Shown here piece after piece: positions 58,944 to 64,000 of a stretch of 64,000 nucleotides of DNA (position 1 is its first letter; the number at the start of each line of letters is the position of its first letter). The stretch covers positions 64,001 to 128,000 of the forward strand of contig CAVRGP010000015.1 of NCBI GenBank assembly GCA_963720755.1. The letters are read 5' to 3'. The notes beneath the pieces are model-generated. The model was not told the origin of the DNA, did no database searches, and saw only the letters and a program-made list of their open reading frames with translations. The DNA is from an uncultured Chloroflexia bacterium (GTDB lineage Bacteria > Chloroflexota > Limnocylindria > Limnocylindrales > CSP1-4). The position numbers were made by a program, and so were the translations under genes.

Positions 58944-60329
58944 TCAGTTGTTCGGGTCGCCGTCGCCGGCCTTGAACAGCCCGATGGCGCCGCGTCCGAC
59001 GAAGTTGAAGGCATGGGTGACGAATGGGTAGAGACCGTCCTGCCTCGGGCTGAATTCGATGATGGCCGCCTGCGCGGGCGACAGATCGACGGCCTGGCTG
59101 CCCCATCCGCCGGCGTTGCCCGGGATCAACCGGATGCCTTCCTTCGTGACGGTGTCGAAGATGGTCCCGACGACATGGAACGAGCTGTCGATGTTCGGGC
59201 CGGCATCGAGGACGAAGACGCGAACGCGACCATTGGTCGGCACCTCGATCGGGTTGTCCTTGTACTGGGCCGCGACGCCGTTGAAAACGACGAAGTCTGG
59301 CGCGGGGGCCGCTGCATTTGCCTTCGTGTAGTCGGCCGGCTGGCCCTGGGCACCCAGGTACCACTCGCTCTGGACCAGCGCGACCTCCTTGTCGACCTTG
59401 GAGTAGCCACCCTTCGGCTCGACGATGACCATGCCGAACATGCCATTGGCGATGTGATGGAGGGTGGGGGCGGTTCCACAGTGGTACATCCAGACACCAG
59501 CGTAGTCGGCCTGGAAGGTGTACGTGAAGGTCTCGCCCGGCTTGATGTCGGCCATCTGGCCGTTCCACGCCGTCTGACTGGCGTGGAAGTCGATCGAGTG
59601 GTTCATCTGGGTGTTGTTGGTCAAGTGAACGTGGACCGTGTCACCGAGGTGGACGCGGATCGTGGGGCCCGGCACGGTGCCACCGAACGTCCAGGTGTGA
59701 ACGACGAAGCCTTCGGCGACGGTGATGTCGCGATCGATGATCGGGAAGTAGACGTCGTGTTCCTTTCCCTCCATGACCGGTGGGGCCGTCGCATCGACGA
59801 GGGAGTATGCCGGCGCGTTGGGATCTGCGACTGGTGCGGCTGTGGTGCCCGCGGCGTCCCCTGGGCCGGCCGCTGGCGACGCTACGGCGGTCGACCCCGC
59901 GACCGTCACGGAACCGGTCATACCGGCCGCCGCGTGGCCCGGGATAGAACACAGAAACGTGAGTCCGTCAGCCGGGACATCGACCTCGCCGGTCACGGTC
60001 TTGCCCGCCTCGGCCGTCAGCTTCGTCCCGTCGGAGAACGTGACGTCGTGCGTCGTCGCTCCGTCGTTGACGAAGGTGACCGTGGCGGGTCCGGGCGCGG
60101 TCACCGTGAGGGCAGCCGGCTTGAAGCCGAGGTCGAAGGCATGGATCTCCAGTGCTCCAGTCGTCTGCGCGTCGGGCGACCCGGCCGGAACCGAGTCGGC
60201 GACGATCGCTGCCTGGGCGCCCGTCGCCAGCGTCGGCCCGAGCTTCCAGGACGACTGAGCCGAGGCCGTGCACCCGGTCAGGGCGACGATGAACAGGGCG
60301 ATGAAGGCGATGGTCGGGACGCGTCGCAT
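58944..60329 (-). CDS. nirK: copper nitrite reductase with an N-terminal cupredoxin domain, probably a lipoprotein
   Basis: 'HSIDFH', 'YHC.....HHIANGM', catalytic 'SSFHVVG', 'YPFVTH'; extra type-1 Cu site 'H...CSIPGHAAAGM'; lipobox-like 'LTGC'. Confidence 0.88.
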   Translation of the reverse strand: MRRVPTIAFIALFIVALTGCTASAQSSWKLGPTLATGAQAAIVADSVPAGSPDAQTTGALEIHAFDLGFKPAALTVTAPGPATVTFVNDGATTHDVTFSDGTKLTAEAGKTVTGEVDVPADGLTFLCSIPGHAAAGMTGSVTVAGSTAVASPAAGPGDAAGTTAAPVADPNAPAYSLVDATAPPVMEGKEHDVYFPIIDRDITVAEGFVVHTWTFGGTVPGPTIRVHLGDTVHVHLTNNTQMNHSIDFHASQTAWNGQMADIKPGETFTYTFQADYAGVWMYHCGTAPTLHHIANGMFGMVIVEPKGGYSKVDKEVALVQSEWYLGAQGQPADYTKANAAAPAPDFVVFNGVAAQYKDNPIEVPTNGRVRVFVLDAGPNIDSSFHVVGTIFDTVTKEGIRLIPGNAGGWGSQAVDLSPAQAAIIEFSPRQDGLYPFVTHAFNFVGRGAIGLFKAGDGDPNN

Positions 60330-60349
60330 GCCTGGATCCTCCGATGACA

Positions 60350-60379
60350 GAAACACTTAGTCTTTACATACTAGTTTCC
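60350..60379. promoter_or_regulatory. AT-rich imperfect palindrome upstream of nirK, candidate Rrf2 operator
   Basis: GAAACACTTAGT-CTTTACAT-ACTAGTTTC, strongly AT-rich in a GC-rich background. Confidence 0.55.
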
Positions 60380-60464
60380 GTGTCGACCTGGCCGATCGCG
60401 ACGTGCCGATGGTCATGAAATCGGTGGGCTGCCCGGCCCTCGGCATGCTCCGCGACGTGCCGGG

Positions 60465-62633
60465 TCAGTCCTCCAGGATCGCCGCGATGGCGGTCCCGAG
60501 CGCCGGCGCGAGCGACCGTGAGAATGTCGCCGTGAGGTGGCCCTCGTCGCGGTAGACGATCAAGCCGTTGACCACGACCGAGCACGGGTCACCCACGCAG
60601 ATGCGCGAAGTCAGGTCGATGCTTCTGGCACCGCTTGCCGCGACGGCGACGGTCTCGACCGCGCCGAGCCCGCCAGCGAACGCGGTGTCGTGCGCGATGG
60701 CGCACGCGTCGATGTCGCCTTGGTGCGCCGACAGGCACGCCGGGATGTCGCGCCCGGCGTTCGGAGTATCGACGATGACCGCGATCTGGCCGGGGATGCG
60801 TGCGACCATCCGGCCGACCGCCGCACCCTTGGCGGCCACCGTGTCGTCGCTCGCGCGCAGAGGATGCGTCGCCAGCCGGCTCATCGAGATCAGGGTCAGG
60901 TCGGGCTTGAGCGTCGTCAGTCGGGCGACCGTCGCCTCCTGGAAGTCGGCGCACTCGCGGTACTCGCGCTTGAGCGCGAGGTTTCGGACCGGCATGTCGA
61001 TGAACGGGCACGAGACCTTGACGAACGTGACGAGGCGCCAGCCCTCGTGGAGCGCAAGGCGCTCGAGGGCGGGAAACCACTGTGCGGCGTGCGAATCGCC
61101 GACGAGCGCCACGGTGAAGGTCGCGTCTGCGACGCCGTAGACACAGTCGGGCGGGTTCGTGACACGCTCGAATGCCAGGCACCCGTCGCGACGCAGACGC
61201 TCCTCGTCGGAGCGGGCATCGACGAGCGCAGGCTTGACCCCGGCGGGAAGCGCTCCCGAGTTCGCGATATCGGTCGCCGGTGCGAGCGTGGGGGATGGGC
61301 TCGGCAATGGGGAGCCCGCTGGGGAGCCCACCGGGATGACCACCTCGGCCCGTCCGCCGGCAGGTTTCGAACGGGACGCGGGGACGGGCGTCGCGTCGAT
61401 CCACGGTTCGTCTGTCATGTCGGCGCCGGCGAATTGCGCCGGGTCTGCGGCTGCGACCGTCTGGACCGGCGCCAAGCCGAGTGAGGGTCCCGAGGCGAGG
61501 ATCACGAAGACGAGGACCGAGGCCAGCCCGAACGACGCGCTGCGCCGGGGACGCAGTGCGAAGTTCGGTAGCCCCCGCCGGAGCGGATTCTCAACGAGCG
61601 CCCAGATGGCGAACGCCACCGCGATCGACAGCCCGACGAGGCCGGCGCGGGCCATGTCGTTCGGGTCGCCGATCACGAACGGGGCGAGCACGAAGATCGG
61701 CCAGTGGACGAGATACAGCGAGTAGCTGATCCGACCGAGGAACCGCAGCGGTCCGACCGATAGCAGGCGGCCCGGCCCGAGTGCGCGTGAGCCTCCCGCG
61801 ATGAGCGCGCCTGCGCCGATGGTCGGAACAAGGGCGGCGGCGCCCGGGTACGCGAGGCTCGAGTCGAAGACCAGGATCGCGACCACGATCGCGGCCAGGC
61901 CGAGCCAACCGGACAGCCCGACGAGGCGGTCGGGGACCCGGGCCAGGGCGCCGGCACCGACTGCGAGCAGCCCGCCCAGTCCAAGCTGCCAGGCACGGGT
62001 CGGTAGCGAGTAGAACGCCCAGTTGGCCGCGGCGTCGGTGAGGACCAGGTTGGCCGCGAACGAGGCCGCGACGAGGGCGACGAGGGCGATCAGGACCCGC
62101 CGCCGGGCGTGGGCCCCTCGCGCGACCAGCAGGATGAGGGCCGGCCAGACGAGATAGAACTGTTCCTCCACCGCGAGGCTCCAGAAGTGCAGGAACGGCG
62201 ATGGTGCGGCAACGCTGGTGAAGTAGTCCCCGGCTGCCAGGGCGAACCGGACGTTGCCGATCGATAGGGCTGCGGCCGCGCCGTCGAGCCCGACCGCCGG
62301 CCGGTCCAGCGGCGCCACGAGGTTGAGCGAGATGACGAGCGTCGCGACCAGCACGAAGATCGCCGCAGGCAGCAGACGTCGCGCACGCCGAGCGTAGAAC
62401 CCGACGAGACCGATCCGGCCGGTCCGTTCGTGCTCGCGCAGGAGGAGCCCGGTGATCAGGAAGCCACTGATCACGAAGAACACGTCGACCCCGACAAAGC
62501 CCCCGACCATGCCGGCCAGGCCGGCGTGGAATAGGACGACTGCGAGGACCGCGAGGCCGCGGATACCCTCGATGTCCGACCGGAAACCACCGCGGGAAGC
62601 GGAACCGCCGTCGACGGTCGCCGGTGTGGGCAT
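60465..62633 (-). CDS. acyltransferase-3 plus SGNH fusion (OatA/OafA-like O-acyltransferase)
   Basis: 'FR.DIEG.RGLAV..V..FH', 'GVDVFFVISGFLI', 'HFWSLAVEEQFY', 'SYSLYL.HWP'; SGNH 'GDSHA' and 'DEGH'. Confidence 0.93.
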   Translation of the reverse strand: MPTPATVDGGSASRGGFRSDIEGIRGLAVLAVVLFHAGLAGMVGGFVGVDVFFVISGFLITGLLLREHERTGRIGLVGFYARRARRLLPAAIFVLVATLVISLNLVAPLDRPAVGLDGAAAALSIGNVRFALAAGDYFTSVAAPSPFLHFWSLAVEEQFYLVWPALILLVARGAHARRRVLIALVALVAASFAANLVLTDAAANWAFYSLPTRAWQLGLGGLLAVGAGALARVPDRLVGLSGWLGLAAIVVAILVFDSSLAYPGAAALVPTIGAGALIAGGSRALGPGRLLSVGPLRFLGRISYSLYLVHWPIFVLAPFVIGDPNDMARAGLVGLSIAVAFAIWALVENPLRRGLPNFALRPRRSASFGLASVLVFVILASGPSLGLAPVQTVAAADPAQFAGADMTDEPWIDATPVPASRSKPAGGRAEVVIPVGSPAGSPLPSPSPTLAPATDIANSGALPAGVKPALVDARSDEERLRRDGCLAFERVTNPPDCVYGVADATFTVALVGDSHAAQWFPALERLALHEGWRLVTFVKVSCPFIDMPVRNLALKREYRECADFQEATVARLTTLKPDLTLISMSRLATHPLRASDDTVAAKGAAVGRMVARIPGQIAVIVDTPNAGRDIPACLSAHQGDIDACAIAHDTAFAGGLGAVETVAVAASGARSIDLTSRICVGDPCSVVVNGLIVYRDEGHLTATFSRSLAPALGTAIAAILED

Positions 62634-62645
62634 GCGACGGGCCGG

Positions 62646-63524
62646 CTAGGGCAGGAGCGCGTCGAGCGCTCTGTCGAGCGCCCCGCCCGGGGCGCCCAGG
62701 ATGGTCCGCGAGAACGTGGCGGTGAAGTGCTCCATGTCCCGAAACACCCGGATGCCCTTGACGAAGGCTGGACACGGCCATCGGGCGCAGGTCGCGCGGG
62801 TGAGATCGATCAGGCTGTCACCGCTCGACCTCACGGCCACATTCTCGATCGCTCCGAGGGCGTATGAGAGGGCGACCGACTTCGGGATCGAACGGAGCGG
62901 GTTGCCGGCGAACGGTGCGTCGACGATCACGGCGACCTGGCCGGGAACCTTCTTGAGCATCCGCCCGACGGCGAGACCTTTGGCCTTGTTGGAGCGGTCC
63001 GTCAAGCGGACCGGATGCATCGCCCGTCGGCTCGCCACGACGAGGGTCAGGGCCGGCCTGAGGGCCGTGAGGCGTCGCACGACATTGAGGTTCCAGGTCG
63101 CGCACTCCGTGTACTCACGGCCGAGCGCGATGTTGCGCAGGCGCATGTCCGCGAACGCACACGACACCTTGACGAGGACGACCAGCTTCCAATGGTGTGC
63201 CTTGGCGATCCTGTTGATCGCCGGGAAGAGATGTGACGCATGCGAGTCGCCGACGAGGGCGATGACGACCCGGCTTGTCCGGTCGCCGTAGATGCAGGCG
63301 GTGTTCGGCCTGGTGATCCGCTCCCAGGCCAGGCAGTGCTCGGTCCAGAGCCGCTCTTTGTCGTTCGCTGGACTGACTGCGCTGACCGTCTGGACCCCGA
63401 CCGCGAACCCGGACGACAGGACGATCACGGCCAGCAGCGACGCAGCCCCGACCGACAACAGGCGGCTAGACAACGCGCGCAACAGGATCCTCGACTTTCG
63501 GTGGCTGGCAGGTTGGGTGCTCAT
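62646..63524 (-). CDS. stand-alone secreted SGNH hydrolase-domain protein
   Basis: N-terminal hydrophobic segment; 'CIYGD', 'GDSHA', 'KVSC', 'REY.EC', 'DMEH.TATFSR', closely matching the SGNH half of the adjacent gene. Confidence 0.85.
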   Translation of the reverse strand: MSTQPASHRKSRILLRALSSRLLSVGAASLLAVIVLSSGFAVGVQTVSAVSPANDKERLWTEHCLAWERITRPNTACIYGDRTSRVVIALVGDSHASHLFPAINRIAKAHHWKLVVLVKVSCAFADMRLRNIALGREYTECATWNLNVVRRLTALRPALTLVVASRRAMHPVRLTDRSNKAKGLAVGRMLKKVPGQVAVIVDAPFAGNPLRSIPKSVALSYALGAIENVAVRSSGDSLIDLTRATCARWPCPAFVKGIRVFRDMEHFTATFSRTILGAPGGALDRALDALLP

Positions 63525-63755
63525 TCCCGGACTCGAGAGCCTGCCGAGAAGATGCCCGGGACTCGAGGCTTCCGTTATCCCCCGAATGCCGTCGGGCAAC
63601 ACACGGAGGGGGACTTTCGGATGCCTTCACGAGGGGCGTCCGCGTGACGTGGTGCCGCCAGTCACCGGCATCGGCGATCAGATGGGAGGTTCGGTGTGCT
63701 CCGGCGCTACACTGCCGACTTCGCGGCGGGCCCGACGCCGCATGGAGGAGGATCT

Positions 63756-64000
63756 GTGGAGCGGCGCGATCCGCACGGCCGACATCGACGACGCCTGTTC
63801 GTCGCGTTCATCTCGCTCGTCTCGCTGGCTGCTTTCGCGATGCTCGCGTTCGGACCGAACCAGCCCCACGCCTTGCCGGACGGTGGGGTCCTCGGCCTGG
63901 TCAGCGAGCTGGATCCCGCTGACGCGACATCGAACCAGGCGACCTCATCGGTCCCGACCCCCGCCAGTTCGCGCTCGCCGATCCTGGAGCCGATCCAGGA
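63756..64000 (+). CDS. exported or membrane protein, 3'-truncated by the window edge
   Basis: GGAGGAGG RBS, GTG start, open frame MERRDPHGRHRRRLFVAFISLVSLAAFAMLAFG... to the window end; not in the ORF track. Confidence 0.6.
   Translation, partial: MERRDPHGRHRRRLFVAFISLVSLAAFAMLAFGPNQPHALPDGGVLGLVSELDPADATSNQATSSVPTPASSRSPILEPIQ

Noticed and set aside
63525-63750. Direct repeat CCCGG(G)ACTCGAG and a GGGACTTTCGG motif as riboswitch or operator
   Set aside because: Only two short imperfect copies, no recognisable riboswitch core, and a single weak half-site
1-64000. rRNA, tRNA, CRISPR arrays, IS elements, integrases, prophage genes
   Set aside because: No cloverleaf, rRNA, repeat-spacer, transposase or recombinase signatures seen; intergenic regions are short

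Overview
High-GC (roughly 70% by eye) bacterial chromosomal segment with about 63 protein-coding genes. I see no rRNA, tRNA, CRISPR array, transposase or integrase. Gene content (SCO1664/DUF3090, UvrD2-HRDC, TM0106 nuclease-helicase, DUF4397, PBP1A, OatA-like acyltransferase) fits a monoderm, tentatively Chloroflexota (Limnocylindria-like) or an actinobacterium; this placement is inference. Main points: (1) at 28.3-31.5 kb a Crp/Fnr regulator with a canonical TGTGA-N6-TCACG box faces two paralogous small secreted two-Cys proteins, a DNRLRE-like protein with the same N-terminal 'AAS' strand, and a SipW-type signal peptidase, which together form a candidate undescribed SipW-processed fibre/pilus system; (2) a DosS/DosR-like two-component system lies in a low-oxygen gene neighbourhood (USP, DsbB/thioredoxin, flavodoxin, CoA transferase, 2-oxoacid:ferredoxin oxidoreductase, cupredoxin-fused NirK plus Rrf2) with candidate DosR/OsdR boxes; (3) at least 11 genes have a TANNNT hexamer 6-7 nt before the start codon, implying leaderless mRNAs; (4) six genes carry small indels that look like sequencing or assembly errors. 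All family calls come from motif recognition, not from database searches.
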